From Candidatus Krumholzibacteriia bacterium (GTDB lineage: Bacteria > Krumholzibacteriota > Krumholzibacteriia > LZORAL124-64-63), in the NCBI GenBank assembly GCA_036351155.1, contig JAZBOO010000389.1, positions 1 through 28,652 of the forward strand: a DNA stretch of 28,652 nucleotides. Direction: 5' to 3'. Made by a program: the position numbers and the translations under genes. This document shows positions 1 through 8,486 of the stretch, one piece after another. Each line of letters opens with the position of its first letter. Position 1 is the first letter of the stretch. The notes beneath the pieces were generated by a model that was given only the letters and a program-made list of their open reading frames with translations, had not been told where the DNA came from and did no database searches.

Positions 1-1
1 C

Positions 2-673
2 GGGGAACACACCATCAGCTTCGAGTTCGAGAAGGTGCCTGGTCAGAATGAATGGATCTGGACGGCGTCCATGGACGGCGGCGAGGAAATCCTGAGCGGG
101 GGATCCGGACGTATCCGCTTCACCGATGAAGGGGCCATCAGCAACTTCACCTACAGCGATGAATCCGATGGATTGACCTTCGATCCCAACCAGGAGGGTT
201 CCGAAGGGGCCGCCCTGGTGACGCTGGGGATCGACTATGGGGAAATCGGCGCGCTCACGGGGCTGACGCAGTTCGAAGGCACGGGAAATCTTCAGTCCAT
301 CGCCGACGGGTATGGCACCGGCAGCCTGGTGGACTTCAACATCGACCAGAGCGGCATCATCACCGGTATCTTCAGCAACGACACCATGCGGAACATTGCC
401 CAGCTGGGCATGGCCACCTTCAGCAACTCCGACGGCCTGATGCGTGAAGCAAACAACACCTATCGCCGCAGCGGCAACAGCGGGCAGGCAGTGGAATCCT
501 TTGCGGGGACCGGGGGCATGACCCTCGTGCCCGGAGCGCTGGAGACCAGCAACGTGGATCTGGCCAAGGAATTCACCAACCTGGTGGTCGCCCAGCGCGC
601 CTTCCAGGCCAACAGCCGGGTCATCACCACCGCCGACCAGGTGATGCAGGAACTGGTCAACCTTGTCCGCTAG
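2..673 (+). CDS. flgE: Flagellar hook protein FlgE, C-terminal part (5' truncated by the window edge)
   Basis: Frame is open from position 2. Contains DGYGTGSLVDFNIDQSGIITG and the basal-body/hook C-terminus GALETSNVDLAKEFTNLVVAQRAFQANSRVITTADQVMQELVNL. Lies upstream of flbD-motA. Confidence 0.95.
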   Translation, partial: GEHTISFEFEKVPGQNEWIWTASMDGGEEILSGGSGRIRFTDEGAISNFTYSDESDGLTFDPNQEGSEGAALVTLGIDYGEIGALTGLTQFEGTGNLQSIADGYGTGSLVDFNIDQSGIITGIFSNDTMRNIAQLGMATFSNSDGLMREANNTYRRSGNSGQAVESFAGTGGMTLVPGALETSNVDLAKEFTNLVVAQRAFQANSRVITTADQVMQELVNLVR

Positions 674-684
674 TCGGGCAGGTG

Positions 685-759
685 ATCCGCCGGCGGATTG
701 ACCAATGATCGGGGCCCCGCACCTGGCTGCGGGGCCGGCCACCATCGCCGCCAATCCGC
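685..759 (+). other. Structured intergenic element between flgE and flbD
   Basis: Palindrome ATCCGCCGGCGGAT (685-698). Inner stem GGCCCCGCA(713-721)/TGCGGGGCC(728-736). Outer pairing GCGGATTG(693-700)/CAATCCGC(752-759) sits next to the RBS AAGGAG (762-767). Confidence 0.5.
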
Positions 760-776
760 TCAAGGAGCTAAAGTCG

Positions 777-1019
777 ATGATCAAAGTCACGAAACTAAAT
801 GGGACGCAGCTGGTGGTGAACGCCGATCTGATCGAGTTCATCGAATCGACTCCCGACACCCTGATCAGCCTGACCACCGGCCGCAAGATCATGGTGCTCG
901 AAGAACTGGACGACGTGATCAGAAGTGCCATGGGATATCGGGCACAAACCCGCATCTATCCGGTGCCAACCGGCGGGTCCGGATCGGTTTTCGAAGGCGA
1001 AACCGGATCCAACAGATGA
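777..1019 (+). CDS. flbD: Flagellar protein FlbD (SwrD-like)
   Basis: MIKVTKLNGTQLVVNADLIEFIESTPDTLISLTTGRKIMVLE is the FlbD family pattern. ATG 777 follows AAGGAG. flgE-flbD-motA synteny. Confidence 0.93.
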   Translation: MIKVTKLNGTQLVVNADLIEFIESTPDTLISLTTGRKIMVLEELDDVIRSAMGYRAQTRIYPVPTGGSGSVFEGETGSNR

Positions 1020-1061
1020 TGAGGGTCAGAGGCGTAAGATAAGGGAACCAGGGGAATTAGC

Positions 1062-1844
1062 TTGGATATCGCAACAGTAGTCGGAATCGTGATGGCCTTT
1101 GGATTGATCGTCTGGTCGATCCTGCTAGGCGGGAGCTTGAGCGGCTTCATCGACATGCCGTCGGTGGCTGTCGTGGTGGGCGGTACCATCGGCGCGCTGT
1201 TGATCAACTTCCCCTTGCCCAAGTTCCTGAGCATGATCAACCTCTTCAAGAAAACCTTCCTTTTCAGCCTCGAAGATCCCGACATCGTGATTTCCAAGAT
1301 GGTGGGCTACGCCGAGCGAGCCCGCCGGGAGGGTATGCTGGCCCTGGAAGAGGATTCCGAGAACGAAACCGACGACTTTCTGCGCAAGGGATTACGCCTG
1401 GCCGTGGACGGTACCGATCCCCAGCTGCTGGAAAAAATACTCGAGACCGATGTGGAACAGATCGAGAACCGCCACTCCGAGGGTGCCAAGATCCTGTCCA
1501 CCGGGGGCACATTTGCTCCGGCCTTCGGAATGATCGGGACCCTGATCGGCCTGGTGAACATGCTTTCGAGCCTGGAAGACCCCACCCAGATCGGTGCCGG
1601 TATGGCCACCGCTCTGATCACGACCTTCTATGGCGCCGTCCTGGCCAATGCCGTTTTCTTGCCCCTGGCCGGAAAACTGGAAACCCGCAGCAAGGAAGAG
1701 ATGGTCATCAAGAACATGGTCATCGAGGGCATCATGGCCATCCAGAGCGGCGACTCGCCACGCATCGTGGAAGAAAAACTGAAATCCTTCCTGTCCCCGA
1801 CCGAACGCAAGAGGGTCGAAGCAGCGAAGGAAAAAGCGGCCTGA
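1062..1844 (+). CDS. motA: Flagellar stator A subunit (MotA/PomA type)
   Basis: TTG start. Motifs ARREGMLALE, FLRKGLRLAVDG, APAFGMIGTLIGLV, ALITTFYG. Confidence 0.96.
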   Translation: MDIATVVGIVMAFGLIVWSILLGGSLSGFIDMPSVAVVVGGTIGALLINFPLPKFLSMINLFKKTFLFSLEDPDIVISKMVGYAERARREGMLALEEDSENETDDFLRKGLRLAVDGTDPQLLEKILETDVEQIENRHSEGAKILSTGGTFAPAFGMIGTLIGLVNMLSSLEDPTQIGAGMATALITTFYGAVLANAVFLPLAGKLETRSKEEMVIKNMVIEGIMAIQSGDSPRIVEEKLKSFLSPTERKRVEAAKEKAA

Positions 1845-1894
1845 CCGGACTCCCCATGAACTGAGCGATCCGGCCGGGAAACCGGGAGGCCCCC

Positions 1895-2749
1895 GTGGCG
1901 AAGAAGAAGTGCAAGAACATCATCATCAAGCAGGGGCTGGACGACTGGGTCATGACCTACGGGGACATGATGAGTCTCCTGCTGACCTTTTTCGTCCTCA
2001 TCGTATCCTTTTCCAGCATGCAGGAGACCAAGTTCGAGCAGGCGGTTTCGTCTCTGCATGAGGCCTTTGGCGTGTTGCAGAACGCCGAATCGGTGATCGA
2101 GCTGGAAACGCCCATCGTGCCCAACCACGAACCTCAGGAAGAGGAAGCGGAGTTCCTGTACGAGGTGCGGGCGGTGGAAAAAATGGTGATGGAAAAGGGC
2201 CTGGACAAGGATGTCGAGGTCGAGGTCACCGACGAGGGTGTCCTGTTCCGGCTGAACAGCGAGTTCGCCTTCCGGAGCGGCGGGGCCGAGCTCCAGGAAG
2301 AGCCCCGAGGCATTCTGGACAAGTTGACCTCCTTCTTCAAGAAGTTCCCCTACAGCATCAAGATCGAGGGCCACACGGACACAGTGCCCATCAATTCGCC
2401 CAAGTTCCCTTCGAACTGGGAATTGTCCGCGGCCAGGGCCGTCTCTGTGGCACGATACTTTCAAGGGATGGGCTTGCCGCCCGACCGCATTGCGGCCACG
2501 GGAATGGGGGAATTTCACCCCATCGCCGACAACGGAACAGCGGAAGGCCGGGCCAAGAACCGCAGGGTGGAGATTTTCCTGCGTCTGGCCAAAAAGGATC
2601 TGCCCAGGAACGGACAGTTGCCCATGGTCCTGGAGACCCCACCGGGCGAAGCAGCGGGCGATCAGGCGAAAGAAAATGAGCCGGTACGGCCAATAATCAA
2701 CCCTGTCACCGACAAGCTGGGAAGCCTGCAGCGACAGATAAGGCCCTGA
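1895..2749 (+). CDS. motB: Flagellar stator B subunit (MotB/PomB type) with OmpA-like peptidoglycan-binding domain
   Basis: TM segment WVMTYGDMMSLLLTFFVLI with the conserved Asp. OmpA-like motifs IEGHTD, SNWELSAARA, NRRVEI. Confidence 0.96.
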   Translation: MAKKKCKNIIIKQGLDDWVMTYGDMMSLLLTFFVLIVSFSSMQETKFEQAVSSLHEAFGVLQNAESVIELETPIVPNHEPQEEEAEFLYEVRAVEKMVMEKGLDKDVEVEVTDEGVLFRLNSEFAFRSGGAELQEEPRGILDKLTSFFKKFPYSIKIEGHTDTVPINSPKFPSNWELSAARAVSVARYFQGMGLPPDRIAATGMGEFHPIADNGTAEGRAKNRRVEIFLRLAKKDLPRNGQLPMVLETPPGEAAGDQAKENEPVRPIINPVTDKLGSLQRQIRP

Positions 2750-2765
2750 GCAAGGAGATTGATCC

Positions 2766-3287
2766 ATGGCTGACGAAAAAAAGGACGCCAAAGAGGAAGG
2801 CGGGGGCAAGGGACCCCTGGCCATTTTCGAGAACAAGGCGATTCTCCTCGGGGTCATCGTCGTGGTGCAGGCCCTGGTGGCCATCGGTTTGACCCAGTTC
2901 CTGATCGTGCCCAAGCTGGGCGTCCAGGGCGCCGACATGTCGGGCAAGCCCGAAGCCCAGGCTACCGCCGAGATGCCGGAAATGGGCGTTCTGGTGGGGC
3001 TGGAGGACGTGATCGTGACTCTGGTGTCGGATTCCCAGAAAACCCGATATCTGCGGATCAACATCAATCTCGAGGTCCAGAACGCCATGGTGGCCAACGT
3101 GGTGACCACCCGGTTGCCTCAGTTGCGCGACCTGGTGATCATGACCTGTTCCGGTAAAACTCCCGAAGACCTTTCGACCCCCGAGGGCAAGAAAGGCCTG
3201 CGTGACGAGATTTTCCGCCGGATTGACGAGAAGATGCCCGAGGGCACCCTGATGAACGTGTATTTCCACACTCTCGTGGTCCAGTAA
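2766..3287 (+). CDS. fliL: Flagellar basal body-associated protein FliL
   Basis: One N-terminal TM helix, then RYLRININLEV, QLRDLVI, DLSTPEGKKGLRDEI and VYFHTLVVQ. RBS AAGGAG. Confidence 0.93.
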   Translation: MADEKKDAKEEGGGKGPLAIFENKAILLGVIVVVQALVAIGLTQFLIVPKLGVQGADMSGKPEAQATAEMPEMGVLVGLEDVIVTLVSDSQKTRYLRININLEVQNAMVANVVTTRLPQLRDLVIMTCSGKTPEDLSTPEGKKGLRDEIFRRIDEKMPEGTLMNVYFHTLVVQ

Positions 3288-3304
3288 CAAAGCAGAGGCA
3301 TTCC

Positions 3305-4339
3305 GTGGCTGACAACCTGGACAACGAAACCCTGGACGATCTGGACCTCGACTCCGCCATCGGTGCAGCCGAGGAGCTGGTGGGTGCCGTGGACAATGGC
3401 CTGGGAGTGGACCTCGAGGACGTCCTGAACGCCGACTCGGACGAGGACGACCTGGGGGACGGACCCAAACGTTACGACTTCAACCGGCCCACCAATATTT
3501 CCCGGACTTTCGAACAGAATCTGCAATCCATTGCCGAATCATTTGCCAAGACCGGGAGCATCGATTTCACCAGCCTGATGCGCATGACCACCACCGTGGA
3601 ATTCATGGGGCTGAAGCAGACCACTTTTGCCGAATATCTGGACGAGATGCCCAACCCCACCTGCGGCGCCATGGTCACCCTGGCTCCCCTCAAGGGCTAT
3701 TCCCTGGTCCACATTGACCTGGGACTGTGTTTCGTCTTCTTGAAAAAGCTCATGGGCGGAACTCCGGACATGGAGGACACCGTCCGTGAGTTTACGGAGA
3801 TCGAGCGGGGCATAAATGCGGGCCTGGTGGGGCGATTCACCGAGATTTTCCGCAAGGCCGCCTCCAAGCTGATCAAGGTGGAACCCGGGTTCGTGAACCT
3901 GGAAAACAATCCGAACTATCTGAGTGGCATTGCCGATGGTGAAGCCATGATCATCCTGAAGTTCCGGGTCAAGGTGGACACGGTGGAGGGCCCCGTGGAA
4001 CTGGGCCTGCCCTTGCCGGCTTTCACCCCCGTGCGGGACATTTTCGACCCGGTTCAGGAAGTCGAGTTGCGCACGCCCCAGGAACTGAAGGAAGACCGCC
4101 GCAAAGTCCTGGATATGATCCAGGGCACCGGCACGGAACTGACTGCGGAACTTGGTGGTTACGAAACGACACTTGAGGAAATACTCAAGCTCAAGGTGGG
4201 AGATCTGCTCCACCTGCCGCAGAGCGTGAATAGCCCCCTGCGCGTCATGATCGAAGGCCAGAACGCCTGGGAAGGCGAAGCTGGCCGCATCGGGCAGAGC
4301 CGGGCCGTCAAATTGATCCGACAGTTGAACAAGGAGTGA
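3305..4339 (+). CDS. fliM: Flagellar motor switch protein FliM (atypical N-terminus)
   Basis: YDFNRP, QTTFAEYL, LMGG and REFTEIE motifs plus a C-terminal SpoA domain. Lies between fliL and fliN. Confidence 0.93.
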   Translation: MADNLDNETLDDLDLDSAIGAAEELVGAVDNGLGVDLEDVLNADSDEDDLGDGPKRYDFNRPTNISRTFEQNLQSIAESFAKTGSIDFTSLMRMTTTVEFMGLKQTTFAEYLDEMPNPTCGAMVTLAPLKGYSLVHIDLGLCFVFLKKLMGGTPDMEDTVREFTEIERGINAGLVGRFTEIFRKAASKLIKVEPGFVNLENNPNYLSGIADGEAMIILKFRVKVDTVEGPVELGLPLPAFTPVRDIFDPVQEVELRTPQELKEDRRKVLDMIQGTGTELTAELGGYETTLEEILKLKVGDLLHLPQSVNSPLRVMIEGQNAWEGEAGRIGQSRAVKLIRQLNKE

Positions 4340-4344
4340 CCGGA

Positions 4345-4734
4345 ATGACCACTGAAGACACCATGTCGAGCGGCGGAAAAGACGGTGGCGTGGCCACAGC
4401 CGAAGCCAGTCAGGGACGCAGGGACCCCGAGAGCAACGCCCTTCTGGAAGATCTCGGAATTTCCGGTGGCGATGGCGCCAATCTGGATCTTCTGCTGGAT
4501 GTCAATCTGAAGGTGACCGTGGAACTGGGTCGTTCACATCTCAAGTTCCGGGATGTCCTGAATCTGACCAACGGTTCGGTCGTGGAACTGGCCCGACAAA
4601 CCAGTGAACCGGTGGACATCATGGTCAACGGAGCCTTGCTGGCCACGGGCGAGGTGGTGGTGGTGGACGACCATTTTGCCGTCCGCATCACGAAACTCCT
4701 GAGTCGGGTGGAAAGGCTCAAGCGGGTGCTGTGA
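4345..4734 (+). CDS. fliN: Flagellar motor switch protein FliN
   Basis: NLDLLLDVNLKVTVELGR...GSVVEL...GEVVVVDDHFAVRIT SpoA signature. ATG 4345 follows AAGGAG (alternative start GTG 4336). Confidence 0.95.
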   Translation: MTTEDTMSSGGKDGGVATAEASQGRRDPESNALLEDLGISGGDGANLDLLLDVNLKVTVELGRSHLKFRDVLNLTNGSVVELARQTSEPVDIMVNGALLATGEVVVVDDHFAVRITKLLSRVERLKRVL

Positions 4735-5186
4735 TGGTTTTTCTGGGCGAAACCGGCTCCATGGCCCGGTCGCTGACCAGCGACCCCGGCTTCAACCTCT
4801 GGCAGACCCTGGGTGGACTGATCCTGGTGTTCGGCTTGCTCATACTCTGCCTCAAGCTACTGGGCAAGTGGAATCGACGATCGGCCCAGGGAGAGTCCAG
4901 CCTCCTGACCGTGTGGGCCCTGGGGCCCAAGCGGGAAATCCAGGTCCTGAGGCTGGGGGCAGAGGTCCATTACATCTATCGCCACGAAGGCTCCATGGTG
5001 CTCCTCAAGCAGGAATCCCTGGAGGAATGGGAAGCGCAGCAGGCGGCCACGGTCAAGCCCCAGGCTGCGGCGACATGGCCGAGCTTTCTGGGACAGCTGG
5101 GGGCCCGGTTTTCCCGTGAAGATTCCGGCGCCGACCTCACCCCGCATCCCCGTCGACCGCTGCGGGTAGGGGACCTCCTGCCCTGA
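4731..5186 (+). CDS. fliO: Flagellar biosynthesis protein FliO/FliZ-like
   Basis: Single TM helix followed by ALGPKREIQVLRLG, resembling the FliO LGxK motif. Lies between fliN and fliP. Divergent sequence. Confidence 0.78.
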   Translation: MMVFLGETGSMARSLTSDPGFNLWQTLGGLILVFGLLILCLKLLGKWNRRSAQGESSLLTVWALGPKREIQVLRLGAEVHYIYRHEGSMVLLKQESLEEWEAQQAATVKPQAAATWPSFLGQLGARFSREDSGADLTPHPRRPLRVGDLLP

Positions 5187-5217
5187 TATCGCACTGATCA
5201 ATTCCTGGCCGCTTTTC

Positions 5218-5250
5218 AGGCACCCCAGCCTCGGGGTGCCTTTTCCTTTT
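5218..5250 (+). terminator. Intrinsic terminator after fliO
   Basis: Stem AGGCACCCC, loop AGCCTC, stem GGGGTGCCT, followed by TTTCCTTTT. Confidence 0.85.
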
Positions 5251-5329
5251 GGCTGTGCACCATCTCCCCGGGCTCCTGAAAGCACCCTAAACAGGCATTT
5301 GAGAGGATTTTTTGGACTTCTTCCTGACC

Positions 5330-5351
5330 GCCATCTGTCCGGACAGATGGC
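5330..5351. repeat. Perfect 22-bp palindrome overlapping the sigma54 -24 element
   Basis: GCCATCTGTCCGGACAGATGGC is its own reverse complement. Confidence 0.9.
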
Positions 5352-5363
5352 ACAGGCATTGCC
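5348..5363 (+). promoter_or_regulatory. Sigma54 (-24/-12) promoter for the fliPQR-flhBA-flhF operon
   Basis: TGGCACAGGCATTGC matches the TGGCAC-N5-TTGC consensus (GG 5349-50, GC 5361-62). Intergenic, downstream of a terminator, about 60 nt before the fliP ATG. Confidence 0.85.
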
Positions 5364-5422
5364 TTTCTTCGCCCAGGTACCCGTCCCTCCGGGTTGTGAC
5401 CGGATCAAACCGAGGATTGTCC

Positions 5423-6250
5423 ATGACACGCGCTCAGCTCACCATTGATTTTCGTCATCTGGCTCCCGCCATCCTGATCTGTGGGGCCCTTCTGGGTGCC
5501 CTCATGGTCCCGGTCCACGCCTGGGCGCAGGTCCAGACCGCCGACCCCATCGCCCCGATCAACGACGAAGCCGCTGAACCTCCCGTTTTGACCCTCAAGC
5601 TGGAGGGCTCCGACGGGGTCGCGGGCATGGATTCCGCGCTCAAGATCGTCCTCTTGATGACCGTCCTGAGCCTGGCTCCGGCCTTTCTGGTTTTGCTGAC
5701 CAGCTTCACGCGCATTGTCATCGTCCTGGGATTCCTGCGTCAGGCCATCGGGGCCAATCAGGCTCCCAGCAACCAGATCATCATTGGCCTGGCCCTTTTC
5801 CTCACCGTGGTGGTGATGTCGCCGGTCCTCACCCAGATCAACGCCGAAGCCCTGCAGCCCTTGATGAACGATGAAATTTCCCAGGAGGAGGCCCTGGCCA
5901 AGGCTCAGGAGCCTCTCAAAAGCTTCATGCTGAGCCAGGTCAGGGAAAAGGACATCGCCCTGTTCCTGGACCTGACCAACACCCTGACTCCGGACACCCC
6001 GGAAGAACTCTCCATGCTGGTCGTGGTCCCCGCGTTCGTGCTCAGCGAGCTGAAAACCGCCTTCCAGATGGGTTTCATCATCTTCATCCCCTTTCTGATC
6101 ATCGACATGATCGTGGCCTCGGTGCTCATGTCCATGGGAATGATGATGTTGCCCCCGGTTCTGATCAGCCTGCCCTTCAAGCTATTGCTTTTCGTGATGG
6201 TGGATGGGTGGTTCCTGGTCGTGAAATCCCTGGTCCAGGCTTTCCAGTAA
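5423..6250 (+). CDS. fliP: Flagellar export gate protein FliP
   Basis: TSFTRIVIVL, PAFVLSELKTAFQMGF, SMGMMMLPP, LPFKLLLFVMVDGW. N-terminal signal peptide ending AWA-Q. ATG 5423 follows GAGGA. Confidence 0.97.
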   Translation: MTRAQLTIDFRHLAPAILICGALLGALMVPVHAWAQVQTADPIAPINDEAAEPPVLTLKLEGSDGVAGMDSALKIVLLMTVLSLAPAFLVLLTSFTRIVIVLGFLRQAIGANQAPSNQIIIGLALFLTVVVMSPVLTQINAEALQPLMNDEISQEEALAKAQEPLKSFMLSQVREKDIALFLDLTNTLTPDTPEELSMLVVVPAFVLSELKTAFQMGFIIFIPFLIIDMIVASVLMSMGMMMLPPVLISLPFKLLLFVMVDGWFLVVKSLVQAFQ

Positions 6251-6300
6251 GGCAGGACCATGATCGGCAGAGACCTGAAACGTCCACAAGGAGCCTCCCT

Positions 6301-6564
6301 GTGACCCCTGAAGTAGTGATCGAGATTGGTCAATACGCCATGCGGACGGTGATCTTCGTCGCCGGACCCATGCTCATTTCCGGCATGATCGTGGGACTGG
6401 CCATCAGTATTTTCCAGGCAGCCACCCAGATCAACGAGATGACCATGACCTTCGTCCCCAAGATCTTGACGGTGTTTGTGGTTCTGATCCTTTCCTTGCC
6501 CTGGGCTATCAACCAGCTGACCAGCTTCACCACGGAAATGTTCAACCGCATCGCCAACATGTAG
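6301..6564 (+). CDS. fliQ: Flagellar export gate protein FliQ
   Basis: GLAISIFQAATQINEMTMTFVPKI. GTG 6301 follows AAGGAG. Confidence 0.97.
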   Translation: MTPEVVIEIGQYAMRTVIFVAGPMLISGMIVGLAISIFQAATQINEMTMTFVPKILTVFVVLILSLPWAINQLTSFTTEMFNRIANM

Positions 6565-6572
6565 GGGCCCGG

Positions 6573-7355
6573 GTGCAATACAGCATCGACATCAACATTT
6601 TGGCCGTCACCGCCAGCCTGGCGGTGCGCTTCGGTGTTCTGGCGGCCACCCTGCCCTTGCTGGACATGAAGAGCGTGCCCCCGCTGTGGCGGCTGGGCCT
6701 GGCCTTCTGCTTTGCTGCCGCCCTGGCCCCGGGCGTGGCGGCAGGATTGCCGGCCGGAGCCATCAGCATGTCCTGGCAAAGTATCGTGGTGGAGGGAGTC
6801 CGTTCCCTGGTGGTGGGAGCCATGCTGGGCTTCACGGTCAACCTGGTGTTCATTGCTGTCCGGTACGCCGGATCGGTGGCCGGCATGCAGATCGGTTTTG
6901 CCATCGTGAACAGCTATGACCCCATGAGCAACAGCCAGGTTTCGGTCATCTCCCAGCTCTATTACCTCCTGGCGGTATTGCTGTTCTTCGTGACCGGGGC
7001 CTACCAGATCCTGGTGACCGCCATGTTCAAGTCGTGTGTGGTGATCCCGCCTTTTGCCACCTTCTCTCCCGTGGGGGGAGCCTGGCAAATTCTGCAAGAA
7101 TACGGCTCCATCTTTGTCCTGGGTTTGCGGATTTCGGCCCCGGTTGTCCTGGTGCTTCTTCTGGTTTCCGCCAGCATGGGCATCGTGGTCAAGACCGTGC
7201 CCCAGATCAACATTCTGGTGGTGGGCTTTCCCATCAAGATTGCCGTGGGGCTCATCACCCTGGGGCTTTCCCTGGTCTTCTTCCGCACCATTGTGATCAA
7301 CATGCTGGCCGGGATGAGTGAACAGCTGGCCCGACTGCTGCTGGCCATGAGATGA
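6573..7355 (+). CDS. fliR: Flagellar export gate protein FliR
   Basis: Multi-TM protein with AGSVAGMQIGF...DP and KTVPQINILVVGFPIKI. Confidence 0.95.
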   Translation: MQYSIDINILAVTASLAVRFGVLAATLPLLDMKSVPPLWRLGLAFCFAAALAPGVAAGLPAGAISMSWQSIVVEGVRSLVVGAMLGFTVNLVFIAVRYAGSVAGMQIGFAIVNSYDPMSNSQVSVISQLYYLLAVLLFFVTGAYQILVTAMFKSCVVIPPFATFSPVGGAWQILQEYGSIFVLGLRISAPVVLVLLLVSASMGIVVKTVPQINILVVGFPIKIAVGLITLGLSLVFFRTIVINMLAGMSEQLARLLLAMR

Positions 7356-7406
7356 CAAATAATCTTCCACCCCGGCCACCAGGGCCTGACCCGAAGGAGG
7401 TGAGGA

Positions 7407-8468
7407 ATGGCTGAAGACTCCGGAGCAGAGAAAACAGAACGAGCGTCCGGTAAACGGAGAGAAGACGCACGTGGAAAAGGCCAGGTGGCCAAAAGCCAGG
7501 AAGTCAGCGGCGCAGCCCTCCTTCTGGTCGGGATGACCCTGCTGGTGGGCAGCAGCGGCCATTTTGCCCGGGTTCTTGGGGAAAACACCCGTTACCTCCT
7601 TGGCCAGGCCCATACCCTGGGTCCACATGGGACTCCCGGGGTCCAGGAATTGCTTTTCTTCAATGTGAAGGTGCTGGGATTGGCCATGGCTCCCTTGTTT
7701 TTGGGAGTTCTGGTGGCGGGAATCGGAGCCAATGTCATGCAGTTCGGCTTCGGGTTCAACCCGGGGGCCATGAGCTTCAAGCTGGACAAGCTGAATCCCC
7801 TGACGGGGCTCAAGAAGTTTTTCCAGAAGCAGGCCTTTTTCGAGCTGGTCAAGAACATGGTCAAGATCACGATCATTTTCTTGCTCGCCACGACGGTGAT
7901 ACGCAAGGTCGGACCGGAACTCCATGCGGCTTCCCTGCTGGAGCTTCCGGGCATCGTGGCCCTGGGCAAGATCAGCTTCGTCAAGTTGATGGCGGTTTTG
8001 ATTTTCTTCACGGCCCTCCTGGCCATCGTGGACTGGTTCTGGCAGAAGCACACCTACGAAGAGTCATTGAAGATGACCAAGCAGGAAGTGAAGGAAGAAG
8101 CCAAGGATGTCGAGGGTGACCCGCAGATCAAGGCCCGTATCAAGGGCATGCAGTACGAACTGGCCCGCAAGCGGATGCTGGCGGATGTACCCACGGCCGA
8201 CGTGGTGATCACCAACCCGACACACTATGCCGTGGCCTTGAAGTACATGCCCGGGACCGCCGCACCCATCGTGGTGGCCAAGGGGCAGGACAACATCGCC
8301 CAGACCATCAAGAAGATTGCCCGCAAAGCCAGAGTGCCCGTGATCGAGAACAAGCCGCTGGCCCGAGCCCTGCACCGTCAGGTGGATATCGGGCGGCCCA
8401 TTCCCGAGAGCCTTTTCCAGGCCGTGGCAGAAGTCCTGGCCTATGTGTACCGGCTGAAAAAAGCCTGA
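7407..8468 (+). CDS. flhB: Flagellar export switch protein FlhB
   Basis: EKTERAS, GQVAKSQE, LKMTKQEVKEE..EGDPQIK and an intact autocleavage motif NPTH. Confidence 0.98.
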   Translation: MAEDSGAEKTERASGKRREDARGKGQVAKSQEVSGAALLLVGMTLLVGSSGHFARVLGENTRYLLGQAHTLGPHGTPGVQELLFFNVKVLGLAMAPLFLGVLVAGIGANVMQFGFGFNPGAMSFKLDKLNPLTGLKKFFQKQAFFELVKNMVKITIIFLLATTVIRKVGPELHAASLLELPGIVALGKISFVKLMAVLIFFTALLAIVDWFWQKHTYEESLKMTKQEVKEEAKDVEGDPQIKARIKGMQYELARKRMLADVPTADVVITNPTHYAVALKYMPGTAAPIVVAKGQDNIAQTIKKIARKARVPVIENKPLARALHRQVDIGRPIPESLFQAVAEVLAYVYRLKKA

Positions 8469-8486
8469 CCGTAAAGGAACGACAAC

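Noticed and set aside
5187..5420. Possible c-di-GMP-I (GEMM) riboswitch or small ORF (5236-5448) in the fliO-fliP gap
   Set aside because: No GEMM architecture is visible. The region is explained by a terminator plus a sigma54 promoter.
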